DNA from: Bigelowiella natans CCMP2755 | Taxonomy: Eukaryota; Protista; Cercozoa | Length of the DNA: 50,221 bases | NCBI GenBank assembly: GCA_000320545.1 | Contig: ADNK01001248.1 | Span: 1 to 50,221 of the forward strand | Reading direction: 5' to 3' | Shown: in pieces, positions 1 through 16,057 of the stretch | How positions within the stretch are numbered: the first letter of the stretch is position 1 | Layout of the letters: every line of letters begins with the position of its first letter | Program-made: the position numbers and the translations under genes | The notes under the pieces: model-generated | Database searches by the model: none | What the model was told of the DNA's origin: nothing | What the model saw: only the letters and a program-made list of their open reading frames with translations

Positions 1-216
1 GAGCTTTCACTTGGACTGTCTTGGGGACGATGCGAGACCTCCACCTGGGAAAGATGAGGTTTTAAATGTTCTCTCTCTTCTCTCTCTTCTCTCTTCTCTC
101 TCCCTCTCCCTCTCGAATTGCTTTCGATTATCCCTGCATGGATCTTCAGTAGCATAAACCGAGTTAAGAGCTGCTACTACAGCTTACCTACTTACTGTAC
201 ACCTCCTCTCTCTCTC

Positions 217-257
<41 letters not shown>

Positions 258-1041
258 GTTTTCTTTCCCTTTCCCATCATGTAGGTTTGGCAATGTGTGG
301 AATGCGAGGCGCTCGTGCACAAGTGCTGCCAGTGTGGGCTTTTCGCCAAGGTCGAGAGGGAGACTATGAACGTGAGCTGGGAGAATGTGGAGCAGAAGAA
401 GCCCAGAGCCAGATTCGATCAACTTCGAGATGAGGTAGTAGACTTCGGTAGTAGTAGCTGGCAGGTGGAAGTAGCTACTACAGCGCAGCGTCCACTTTGA
501 GGATTCTTCTACTGTCGATCGACACACAAGCTAATTGAGGAACGCATACATACACACGCACACACACATACACATAGTGGCCACATACCCACTACTTTCT
601 CTGTTTTAGGTCTTAGAAGAGGTGGAGCCAGTGAGACAGTGCAGTATCACACCTTGTGGCCGCTACTATCACCTCCACTGTGTCCACTCTCATCCTCTCG
701 CCAAATTTATCGGCGATGTGAATGCAGGATATCAAAGCTTTCGATGTCCGCGACACTACTGTGTCGTATGCCAGAAATCAGGCAATAACCGGCATCTGCT
801 CAACTGCGTCAAGTGTCCAAACGCTTACCATGTCGCGTGCTTGAAGCGGGGAACTTACACAAGACTCACGTATTAAATATTATAATATTATGATGGACAA
901 CCGTGACTCTTAAGTGTGCGTATTTATATGTGTGCTGTATGGGTCTCTGTGTAGTGTTTGGCGGTATGTGAGTCAACTCATTCGTGCATGGAGCCTCTTT
1001 ATTTATCGTGCACTTAGATATGTGTGTATCCTATCTTCCAA

Positions 1042-1081
<40 letters not shown>

Positions 1082-1578
1082 AAACATCTATGGTTTTGTG
1101 TCGCGTTATGGTCATTTCGGCATCGTAGTACGGATATCATCGATGTTGTGATTGCCTGCTGCCTACTATGCGGAACAGCACCGCCCACTAACACCCATTG
1201 CCATTGTTTATATATAGGAGAAAGCACATGTTCTGTCCCTCATGTCATACGGAAGCGGAGAAGACGGAGGAAGGTCGCGCGGCGATCGCAGCATCTAAAA
1301 AGACCACAAAGGCTGAACTGTTCAAACCGCAGAAGCGTATAGGTTCTGCTGGAGCAGGTAGAAGTAAGAGGAGGGGTAAGAAAGATGGCGGCGGCTTTAA
1401 GATCAAGTTCAGAATTCCCAAGAATCTGAAGCAAACGATCGTTCCCATTACGATCAAACCCGGGGAGAGCTATGATGTGAAATTCGTTTGGAACAAACAA
1501 ACCATATTGAAGCAGGAGGCTTGTATCTTTCCGACGCCGGGAGAGGATGCAGTAAAGGAAGAACCCGATTTGGTATGA
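1..1578 (+). CDS. Multi-PHD finger chromatin protein with an NSD/EDM2-type PHD cassette; 5' end lies upstream of the window
   Basis: Exons about <1-58, 285-434, 610-869 and 1218-1578 join through GT-AG introns to give SFHLDCL..WQCVEC..HKCCQCG..QCSITPCGRYYHLHCV..FRCPRHYCVVC..LLNCVKCPNAYHVACL..HMFCPSCH. This Cys/His spacing matches tandem NSD-family PHD fingers. A Lys-rich tail follows, with TGA at 1576-1578. Confidence 0.85.
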
Positions 1579-2279
1579 CGAAATATAGCTTTCGTTGCAA
1601 TGGCTTATTATTAAGGCGTATTTGCGATTGAAATATGGAATGAATTCATGAGATTATTTTGTACATCGAGACATCGCTGAGGCTGTACGTGCGTGGCCAC
1701 ATAACATTGAATACTACTAAAATTAGCAAACATTTATTGAAATCATTATATCATGCCGTGATGTCGGTGAAGCGTATCAAGTGTGCATGCTGTTATGCAC
1801 GAGATCCACACGACACGGTACACATTGAATGAAGCGCTGCGAGTATGTGCGCAGCGCATCGCGATAATAGACGACACTACTTTAGGCTGTGGTCGAACCG
1901 AAGCGGTTTCGATGTATATACATATGGCATTCGATCTAGCAATGCGCAGGACAGTTGACAAGAAAGAAAGCTAAAAATAAGCCACAGCATTGCACAATGC
2001 AACAATGACGAGTAGGAATAAGAAACAAAACACGGCATGACACGATGACGCTCATTTGCTCAGTTTCAGTACAAATGTGACTAACGCAATCATATCGCGA
2101 GCGTGGACATCTGGATCTAGAGATGTGCAACAGATTAGCGTTACTTTGTATCGTAATAAATACCATCCTTTCAGAGCTACAAGTATAAAATCAATTGCTA
2201 CTTATTGAAAGCAGATAACTTTTAAAAAACATGATCCGCCTCATGCTATGGGTATTATGTATGATTAGCTGCTGCTTCG

Positions 2280-2977
2280 TCATGCTAATTTATTTTCCCC
2301 CTCTTGGTCGTTCAGATCACTGCCAAACGTAGGGACCGCGACTACACCTTTACAAATTCCCAAAGATCCAACGATGATGTGTACGATTGCAAGGACGAAG
2401 TAGGTAGGCAGGAAGGCAACTCCCATACCCCATAGAGCTGTCCCCTTCTGAAAAATAAATGATGAAGTATCATCTCTTCTGATTCTGACGAAGATCTAGT
2501 TTCATTACAAGAAGAAGCAAGTGGAGTGAAGTAAAATTTCTGAAGAGTGAACCAAATTTGCTGGTCTGTTCTCCTGGATATTTACAGTATCTATGAATAG
2601 TTAATGCAGAAACTTACACAATCGTTGGAAACCATGGCCACCGAAGTCGAGCCCAATATACTCCAGCAGAGAAGAACACTTGCATGAGTGATGTAAACCA
2701 AGATCGATACCTTGGCAGATACCCAATCCGGGCCAACAAGCGTGACACCGTGATAGAATGAAAAAGCATAGCCAAGAATCACGCTTCCGATTACGAAAGC
2801 TTGCAGCAGCTGCCCATTAGAATCGGAACAATCATTATAGAGGGTGACGTCAAGGACTATCGTTCCGGCCAGGGACATGACCATAGATATCACGGATGGA
2901 ATCAGAGGCACAAGAAATAGTGAAGATTGGGGAAGGCCCCCATCCGTTTTGGAACCGGACATCCGTTCAGCAGCCAT
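2280..2977 (-). CDS. Small hypothetical membrane protein, about 4 hydrophobic segments, 2 exons
   Basis: ATG at 2977. Exon 2977-2618, GTAAGT..CAG intron 2617-2448, then exon 2447-2280 continues in frame (KGTALWGMGVAFLPTYFVLAIVHIIVGSLGIC..NKLA*). It has four hydrophobic stretches; I recognised no family. Confidence 0.7.
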
Positions 2978-3225
2978 GCATGTGGAACTTTGTCGCACTT
3001 AATGAAACTCCACGATGGGGATAATATACATTTTATAGGTAAAAGCGATGTCGTATACGAATAAGATGATCTATTTTTTTAGTTCTAATAGAAATCCCGG
3101 TGTCACCCGGGATTGGCTGTTACTGACTGAGTCGCATGCCGTAAGGAAAAGGGCGCGGTGGAAGGAACTGTAGACACCCCTCTTAGCATCGTACCTGGGG
3201 GCAAAGTGCAAGAGAAATCAAAATC

Positions 3226-5159
3226 ATGACGTAAAATACTTTTGTTTTGTGGTTAGTACAAATTTGAAGAAACTTTCAACCTTCAGGCGGAACATCCGAC
3301 CGCGCAACCTGGATGTTACCAAAAAGCTACCAATCAGGCGGGTTCAGGATGTCATCTTCAAGGAAGGAGGCAAAATATTTAGCGCCTCCAGCGTTAGCAA
3401 GGTAACAGAAGCAATCATTTCAAATTTATCTAGCAAGCTAATCATGAATTCACTCTCAGGGTGCTGCCAAAGAGGTTTCTTCGTCGAAGAAAGCTTTTAT
3501 ACCGACTCCCCAAGTCCAAAAAGTCAAGCCTGGATTTAAGATTAGAAAAGAATTCAAGCAACCAGTTCATTACCTTCACTTCACAAACTGTAAGACGATC
3601 CGAAATCCATGACAATAGTGCAAGTAGTAAACCAAAACACCTTATTATGACCAGGTACTGGAGCTAAAGTCATCACAGAGCATGACCGTTACGACTTACT
3701 CCAGGATGATATGGAATGGCTAAAAAAGTTCAATAAAAATATTAATGGATACCTTAGCGAGGATGATCTCGAACTCCTTATGGATTTTTTCGAAAAACAA
3801 GCTTGGGTCGTCACAAAGCAGGTGTGCGCTAATTTAAATGAACTAGTCGTTACCTTCTGGAATTAATCAGCATTTTCCAGGTCGACCCTTCTGGCGCCTA
3901 TCCGCTCTCGCAAGCTACAGCGGATGTTGTCGAGCGCTTAGGACCATCACGTGCAAAATTTGCTGAGCATGTATACATGCATTGGAAGGGCCAGAGAATG
4001 AAACTGGATAAGGCTTTGATGCGAAAGTTCCAGAAGCCACCTCCCCACGATGATAGCAACCCGCACGTCGCCTTCCGTCTACGTGTGCCAGAAACGGGTC
4101 GTCGAGTCTCGTATAGAAATCCAAAGAAGAATGACCATGCCGGCTATCAAAAGATGCGTGTACTTCGAAAAGATTTTGATAGATTAATGGAGATAATTGA
4201 GCACGCTAGGGAAAGGGAACACTTGAAACGAAACTCTCATCTAATTGATTCCGAGATTTTCGATCGCCGGCTTCTCTCTGCGCTTCCAACTAAGATCAAG
4301 GATGATCCCGTAGTGAAGTCTCTGTTGGTTGCCTGTGTTCCAAAATGTCCAACTCAACGGAGAACCATGGAAACTCACAGAAAGAGGAGATCTGGAACAA
4401 GGAAGCCTAGGTGATCAAGATTTGATTTGTTTTCTCGAGTAATACGTCAATTGACTTTAATTTGTGCACAGATATCGGGACACCAGAGGTAGAACGCCAC
4501 AAACTCCGCCGGTTGAGATTTCGGATGACGAGATTTATTCGGAAACCGACGACTCGGATAGAGAGTTTTACGATAACGTGGAAAATATGCTCCTGGAAAC
4601 GAGAATGTCAGAGGAGGGGTTATCACCACGCAAGCTTATCCCTGAATTTGGATTTCCAGCCCCCCATTGGCTACCGAACTCCCAGGAAATCCTTAGAAAG
4701 GAGGTTCCAACGCTAAATGAATTGAGAGAGCGTTGGGATCCTGACACAACTCGTAAACGCCAGCGATTAGAAGCTGAACGCAAATCTAGAAGAAAGAATA
4801 CTACGGCAAAATCCTATCGTAGAGAAAATTTCTATAGGTCGCGGGGTAGATTCTGTGGATTCGTTGGAAGGGGAGGGAGGGTGAGGATAAGTGTGAAGAG
4901 GTCCCGAATCAGACCGTACGGATTATCGACAAATCGGGCTAAAGCTGGGACGGCGTATAATGAAGACACATTGCAATGTAAAGTGGACCAGGAAGAGTTC
5001 TCGAAGAATCGTGGAGGCGCATCTCGGGGTGGTCGGGGAAGGGGAATGGGGATCGGAATCCGCAGTACCCCAGGACGTTATGTGACACCCCTCGGCCAAT
5101 CCATCCTCACCGAACTTGAAAATGTGAAAAAGATGCCTTCCTTTCCAGAAAAATCTTAA
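3226..5159 (+). CDS. EPL1: Enhancer of polycomb-like protein (NuA4/piccolo subunit)
   Basis: The spliced product contains EPL1/EPC motifs in order: FRRNIRPRNLDVTKKLPI, AFIPTP, FKQPVHYL, RYDLLQDDMEWLKKFN, EDDLELLMDFFEK, VYMHWKGQR, NPHVAFRLR, KMRVLRKDFDR, RFCGFVGRGGRV. Introns are at 3231-3256, 3402-3459, 3590-3654, 3822-3880 and 4412-4471. Confidence 0.9.
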
Positions 5160-6112
5160 CCTCAATTTTCGAGCCTGCTTTAGAGAAAATGTTAAAAGAG
5201 GTATCGCCTGTTTCATGTAGGATGAAAATGCGGAGCAATACATAAGTTATATAGTTTCGAATAAATCGGAACATGATACACAAATGTACCGGAGATTCGT
5301 GACCTTCGTTATGCTCGAAATTCAAGTTTGTGACGTTGCATGCCCCGCGCGCTAGCCACTGTGACGCATGTGAATAACGCGCCGCGGGTCCCCCACAGCC
5401 CGCCTAGCTAGCTAGCCACTGCGAGGCACGCAGGGCTACTAACTATTTCTTGCCTCTGGCTGAGCAGCTTGTTTTTCTTGTGCAAGTGATGCAAAATTTG
5501 TGCGTATAGCATGCTAGCATGCTCTATCTTCTTTTTCTGAACTTGATGATTGCCTGATTGCATTGCTAGATTGCAGCGCTCAAATTGCCACATATAACGC
5601 CTCATGCCGCTGAGCTAGCATTGACAGAGCGTGCTGAGTCTATATTGTGTCATTTGCTTAGCTAGCTTAGTCGAGCCGAATGCTTTGCTACTTGAAGATT
5701 GATTCTGTGCTACGAATCGAAAAAGATTTGCAAGTCTTACTCATTGTGGATGATATTGCATGACCCTACGGCGCAATGCATGCAATTTCAGAAGAAAATA
5801 TAATATTTCATTAATGACGTTTGGAAAGTTTTTACAACATGTATTCCTTCTATTACAGGCCACGGATCTGTAGTCTTGCTTGTTGGCGCGGAGTGGCTCC
5901 GTTTGTTGATGATGACGAACTACCTCCTTTGGCTAGCTAATGTAAAACTTAGGTCTTTAATCGCTCTGGATGCACCCAACCTGCAACTGTGCGGCCTGTG
6001 GCGACAAACATGTCAAATACAGCACAACTTATGGCAAAGAAGAACCGTGCAGGTAGCCGTAATAACGACGCAAGCGTAATAATGATGAGATAGGTTGCAA
6101 TAATTTGCTGTC

Positions 6113-7753
6113 TCATTCGATCAATGTTCTACCATCACATCCAGTGAATCGCCAGAGTATAGCTCGGGCTACATCTCGAAAAAGACGTAAGTAGGTTTCT
6201 CCTACGAATAGACCGATGAAATAAGATTGCCTCCTCGAAGACTCGATACTAAAACTTCCATCCCAGAAATCAGATGATGCTGATTCGCCATAACAATCAC
6301 GTGTACATATCATCATCATTATCATTATCGAGCCGATCTCACCTGCTGCTGCTGCTGCTTCTAATCGCTTATCACTCGATCGTCGAGGATTATTACTTTC
6401 TTCCTCGTCACACTTAACCATTGTCACGGCAATGCCTGTCGAAATTCACCATCTGATTATCAACAGTTTTGGTAGCTTACAGTTGTGGGTTTTAGCATCG
6501 TCACTTAGCAGTAGCACGTAGATATATAACTTCGAAACACATGTATGAAGTTTTTGAGTTTGAATTCCTACCCTCCCCACCAAATATGATCTTTGCTATC
6601 TGATATATTATGATATAGTTAGTAGTTGTTGCACGAGGGTAGAAGAAGGAGAAGGAGGAGGAGAAAAAGAGTGGTACGAATTAGAAGAAGAATAGAAAGG
6701 AGGAGGTAAAAGAAGACTACGAAGACACCCAAAATATATTGGCATGATGAGAAGGGAAAAAATTGTACTGAGAACCGCATATCCTCGAGCGATATGGCTC
6801 TTTGAAGTGATTACAAGGACGTGTTTGATGCCTTTATCTTTGAACACTCTCACTGAAGATTAGCAAGATATCCCATAATTAGCTTCTGATGAAGCAGCTG
6901 CTAACTCGTATCAGTAGAGGAGTAGCAATTCTTTGACGATGTATCGTCTGTTGGCAAGTTAGAGGTAATAATGTGGTACCCATCGAAGTAAAATTGGTCA
7001 CGGTGTCTATAGCACGCCTATCTAAATGTAAACGAGTCCTACAAACCAATAACATCCATAATAGTCTTCTGAATGAATGATAACAATGATGATGGATGAT
7101 GGAGACGATGATGGAATGATGGCCACGAATAATAAATCTGCGAAATCTGATGACAGTAAAAGAAAGACCATTGGTACCGTAGGGATTTAAAGTCAACTCC
7201 TGTGAAGCTTTCGCGAAATGGATTGGACAGGTTTAATGGGTCAAAATCCTGTGCAAGATAAATACACGATGATTTTTTAGCTACGATCCCTATCTTGCAA
7301 TACCCTTGCTCAACGAACGCCACCATGACTACCACATTACCCTAATCTTCCAGTAAGATCCAGATGAGACAAATATCGGAAGATGTCGATTTCCTCCAAT
7401 GCAAGCAATTCGGGCAGCGTACTGGTGAGCAAGTTCATGACAGAGGCGTAAGCACATGTACATGGCGTAATCTCAGGGTTGTTGCATGGATGGTGGATTC
7501 ACGTACATGCTCACGGGATCTGTGCCCTCCTAAGACAAAAATAGCATCATGACAGCCCTTCGCTTTCTCCCTTTCGCTCCTCAAATACCTCCTGTAAGCT
7601 CTGTCACCACATTAAACGTAAGGTAATATCATTCGAACGATTATGAAATGCTTTGAAGCACCTCAAAGCTGTTGCTGCTATGAACAAGACTATGACGAGC
7701 ACAGGCACAGAGAGCCATAGGGTAGAGGACTTTGCCACATAATTCCACCCCAT
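6113..7753 (-). CDS. DUF218 / YdcF-family protein with N-terminal membrane anchor, multi-exon
   Basis: An N-terminal hydrophobic helix (LWLSVPVLVIVLFIAATAL) is followed by DAIFVLGGHRSREHYAA, LPIFVSSGS, RLHLDRRAIDTVTNFTSM, GIKHVLVITSKSHIARG and RLFRDVARAILWRFTG, which are the ordered DUF218/YdcF motifs. Some 3' exon borders are uncertain. Confidence 0.85.
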
Positions 7754-7994
7754 TCAGGGTGAAGTGACACGCGCGAGGAATCACGCTCAGACCCTTCCGA
7801 TGAGTTAGCTGGGCTGTTCCATTTATGCTGTTGTGTGTGACACAATGTTTTCCCTATAAATTATTGTCTACTACGATTAATCGTCCTGACATTTTTACAA
7901 CCTAGAAATTACTGAAGGAAAGAATTTGTGGGCGATTTATTGTAGCAACAAAAATAACAATCTCATTTTTCGCAACATCAAGAAGAGAGAACTA

Positions 7995-8480
7995 CAAAAA
8001 CAAGTGGGTGTTCACACTGGATTCTGAAATGACAATTGCAAAGATCTAGATTCATTCACACGCTAGCACACGCAGCGTGTGGCGCTTTTTTTTGACTTGG
8101 TGCACTTGCTAGATTGTGTGCAATTTCATTCGCAAGTTTTTGGCTCACCACGCATGCATCATTCTGGCACATGTTGTGCATTTTCATGCAGAATCAGCTG
8201 GTCGCTCCAGGTCGCGAGCTAGCTAGGTCGGGCGCGCACGTTGTGCACGCACAATGTGCACATGACGCTAGCGACGGCCCACGGTCGCCACTGTCGTGCG
8301 TGACGTCCGTGGATCGATCAGGCCGTGCACTTGTCGAAGCTCCGCCACATGCACACACATGTGACATGCACTAGGACATGCCATGCAAGGCACGTGCGCA
8401 CAAGCTGCATGTGTGCTTGCGCGCCTGCACGTCGTGGGAGCCGACTAGCTGCAGCACGCAGTGTTCATCCCTCTAGCCCA
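7995..8480. other. TpA-depleted intergenic tract (TA only within CTAG)
   Basis: Manual count: 9 TA dinucleotides in about 486 nt, all in CTAG (8046, 8063, 8109, 8219, 8223, 8268, 8371, 8445, 8473). The tract is rich in TGCA, CATG, CACG and CG. Confidence 0.9.
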
Positions 8481-8559
8481 TATGTTGTTGTAGCACGAGT
8501 CTGAGGAAGCCAGGGGACCGATGATGTGTCTAGCAGATAGCCGTGCCACGTATTTTATT

Positions 8560-10863
8560 TTATTTGACATTGGATTGCTGAAACGACAAATAGCCATAGT
8601 AAACCATGTTCTGTAAAAGGTATTTTATCTCTGCAGCCCCTGGTAATTTCATAGTAGAGTTTAACTCCGCGCTCTCGCGCTTTGAATTGGGTTGGTTCAA
8701 CCTGGAAAATGAATAATATTTTGGCATGCATATTCTCTCGGGTAGATCTAATTGTGACGACCTGGATATGATGTCTTCAAAGACAAAACTACATCTCCTT
8801 GCGGCGAGAAAATCCATGATAGTTTCAAACTTCCTTTTTACCTGACATAAGAACAATATATTCAGAGGATGCTACCCTGGAAAAACATCAGATCTGCCAT
8901 TTTGCCAAGTTAAGTATGCTACCACGAATTTAATTTCCACAGTTGATTCGAGCTGTTCATTTCCGAAATTTACGTGAAGTCGATAGACACTGTCACACTC
9001 ATCGCTAGAATCCTCGCTAAGGCGAAACAACAACACCGAACTAAATCGAACCATTTGGATCGTGAAAATAGAGTGCCAAGAAATAAAACCTGCTCGTGCT
9101 TTCTGCTATCGTAGCCACATCCTCAGAAACAGAAGTCTATAAATCAGCCAGCGTGAGCCATTTTCGAATGGTGTGAAGTCACTCTCGTTTACTTTGTGCT
9201 ACTATCACCTGTCTAATTAAATCTGTCTCCTTGATCAAGACGGCAAGCGAATTTATTCGGAATACAGTTTCGTCGCCAATTATTATTTTCTTCACTTCTG
9301 GAGGGGGGGGGGTGTCGTTTTCATCATCTTCTCTAGCATTCTTGCAATCTCCAGAATCGGTGATGACAACTGTAGCGCGTGGTTCGGTTGTCCCAATCAT
9401 ACATGGCACTAGAAAATCGTCCGCGGTCATTTGCCCAACAACCTGTTTGAGTTTCTGGAGCAAATTCTGCATCCGCGCGCGAGCCGATGCGACAGAAGAT
9501 AAATTAGAGATCGCCTCGCGCCACAAAACGTCCGAGCGCCACATCGTATGTCGGATACCATCACAAACGAGATCGGACCATGTGCTAGGCATCATGCTTA
9601 TGTTGATAGAAATACTATCTTCCTCGATGCACTCAACTCGGTGCCACATTCCGGGTGGGAAGTACAGAAACGAACCAGCGGTAAGGGTCACGGTCTCATG
9701 ATTCTTAATGGAACGGACGTTAAAGTTTGGGTTGGACAAACGGTGCACCTTGAGCTGCTGGCCCATTGTGTCTATTCCGGAATAGTGTGGGGTGCAGCCC
9801 CGAATCGGGTTGAGGACTGCATTTTCCTCGCTGAGGCTCCATCTCTTCGCTCCGCTCAACTGCAAAGTGAAGTTATGCCTACACGAAATTTACATAAATA
9901 ATTAATCATAGAACCAGGCTGAATCAGGAGTGAAATTTGATCAAAGGTTGAATCATAAGGGTGTGGGAGAAGTAGTAATTACATATAATCGAAATGCCAA
10001 TCCGTAATGTTTCCTTTGCGCGATACGAACGTCTCCACCTCTCCACGAAGCTCCCCACTAGAGTACTGGCTGGCAAAGAACATCTTTGTACTCCTCGAAA
10101 CCGCTGCTATAAGCATACTTGAAATCTCAGGTGGGGCACGGAAGTAAAGGGAAGCCCCGCATTCGTAGCATCGCAAGGCTGCTTCCTCATTCAACTCGAT
10201 GGAAGAAATCTTATTGTTCCGATCCTTCATCCATGCTAAAAGAAGGAAGCATTAGGTTAAGTGAAACCAATGAAGAGTCTAAGGATAAACAATGAATTCA
10301 CTCCAAACATGTGTACTGCACCCAGTACCAAATATCTGTGGGGAAGATGTCTCCTCTATGAGACGGCTAACGTCCAGACCAAACAGGGATGTGCCTATCA
10401 ATTCCTCGAGCCTGACATAAGGGGATCGATGCTTATATATCGCTGACAACTCGGTATTGACAGTATCTTGTACTAATTAGTCATGGGTCACCTAGATTCT
10501 GGTGCGTTCACAACGGCAAGAGCTTTCTTATTCCATATGCTGTCCATGAAAGTCTTTGGCGTGTGAGGATACACCAATTTCTGGAGCAAGTTGTCTTCTG
10601 TGTCAATGATTGGGCAGCCTTCTCGGTGCGCTTCAGTCATTGTGCACATTTGTAACACCTGTACAAACACTAGGTCATTAAGAGTGACTGTGATTGACAA
10701 TGCTGATAGAAACCGCCACCTCGTTTGGGCGGTCGATCTTTGAGTTTTTCCCTTCGCTGGGACATTGGCTGAATTGGAAGCAACAGTCACTAAGCATAGA
10801 AACAATGTTTTTCTCAGATTTTGTCGATTTTCATTACGGAATCTTCCGCTTTCGCGTGCTCAT
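8560..10863 (-). CDS. JmjC/cupin 2OG-Fe(II) oxygenase, RIOX1(NO66)/YcfD-like
   Basis: Motifs PKTFMDSIWNKKALAV, YECGASLYFRAP, ITDWHFDYMHNFTLQLSGAKRW (HxD) and VTLTAGSFLYFPPGMWHRVEC..SISINIS (distal His). Multi-exon with short introns; probable ATG at 10863. Confidence 0.88.
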
Positions 10864-11406
10864 CCTGCTAGTTGTTCCGGAAGTTTATCTCCTCCGATCT
10901 GAGCAAATTAAGTTCTGTTTATGAAACCAGGCCCCTGGAAACCAAGATCAAGCTCTCCTCTCCCACGAACCGCCGCCCCCCCCCTCCGTTTTTGACTTCC
11001 AAGTAGCGCTCCGATTGCGGCTTGATTTACCCGGAACGAGCAGTACCAAAGGGTGGGGCACCGTGTCGGTCTGGTTGAAAAGTTGAAAACGGCCTCTTAT
11101 TTCGTTTGGATTTGAATTGTTGTCGCTTGGTAATAAACGCCCTGCATTATTGATATCCGGCTAAGGCAGACGGAAGACGTACTACGGTTGCTCTGCCAGG
11201 GCGAATAACTGCGACATCCAGGGCCTGTGCTTTTCAGCTTTTAGTGGAGGAGGAAGGAGACGACGAGGGGGGGAGAAGCCCCATGTTGCACCGAACTACA
11301 TGGCCAGAGCCTCACACCACCTCCGCATAGTTTCAAATAGAAGAAGAAACGACAGGTCGAGACTTCTTGGAGCGGCACGCCTGTGGAGTGAAAGCGAACA
11401 CACACG

Positions 11407-15146
<3,740 letters not shown>

Positions 15147-16057
15147 ATACAAATTTAGATTGTCACAAGACTAATATCAATTAAAATTGATGTGCCACTT
15201 TGATCCAATTTAGTTTCAATCATATGTTGCTGCCTTCTAGCCTTGGCGGGCACTACTGTTCACGCGCCATGTTTAGATGTGTATATGGTAACTGTAGTTG
15301 CATCCGTCAGTCCGCTGTATAATGAACATACCATCCGATGTACATCTACGAGTATGCGCCTATACAACTGCGCACCTACATGGACGAATACGCCGTAGCG
15401 TATATATCACGTACGACAGTAGGAGACGTAAATCTAGACATATTTGCATATATATAGCGCTCACCGCTCGGCTGGCCGAGCTCACTGCTGACTAAATAAT
15501 AGCCACAGCAAGCACGTATGCTAGTATGTACGTAAACACATACGCGCGCAGATGTGCGTCCAAGCTAACATGCAGCGCAGGCTGCCTAGTTGCACTATAA
15601 TGACGTTATTTGTGCATTGCTGCTTTTATAGCTAGCTTGATTAATAGATAGATTTGCAGTGCGCTTGCTCACATATACTTAATACTTAACACTAGGGCTG
15701 TTGCGACAGTTGGATTGCACAACGATCGATCAAAATATGCTGCGCATAACGACCAGCACTAGAGCAGAAAAGGGGACGTTCGATCATGCAGCGAGCACCA
15801 TCGTAATAACAACTATTTGCATGAATGCCGCTTGCCATCAAACGCCTTTAGGTAGATGTGCGTCGCAGCCAAACAACGCTATCTGGACTGTACATACCGT
15901 AGCAAACGACGTGACTGTTCCTACTGCTCGCATCATCGTCACATACATGAGGCCAAGGTTGCTACGACTATCACGTCATGATTTACCGCTTCCAACGTCT
16001 GCGTTCTTAAAACTAACAATAATGACTTTTCAGCGTTGCATCGGACCACCTCTAGCA

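Noticed and set aside
914-1342. ORFs with ERERER, YIYIYI, CVCVCV, THTHTH or poly-L/K/M runs, here and throughout the window
   Set aside because: They are translations of intronic or intergenic microsatellites, not proteins.
7995-8480. CpG-methylation decay or classical RIP as the cause of the TG/CA excess
   Set aside because: CpG remains abundant and TpA is lost rather than gained, contrary to both mechanisms.
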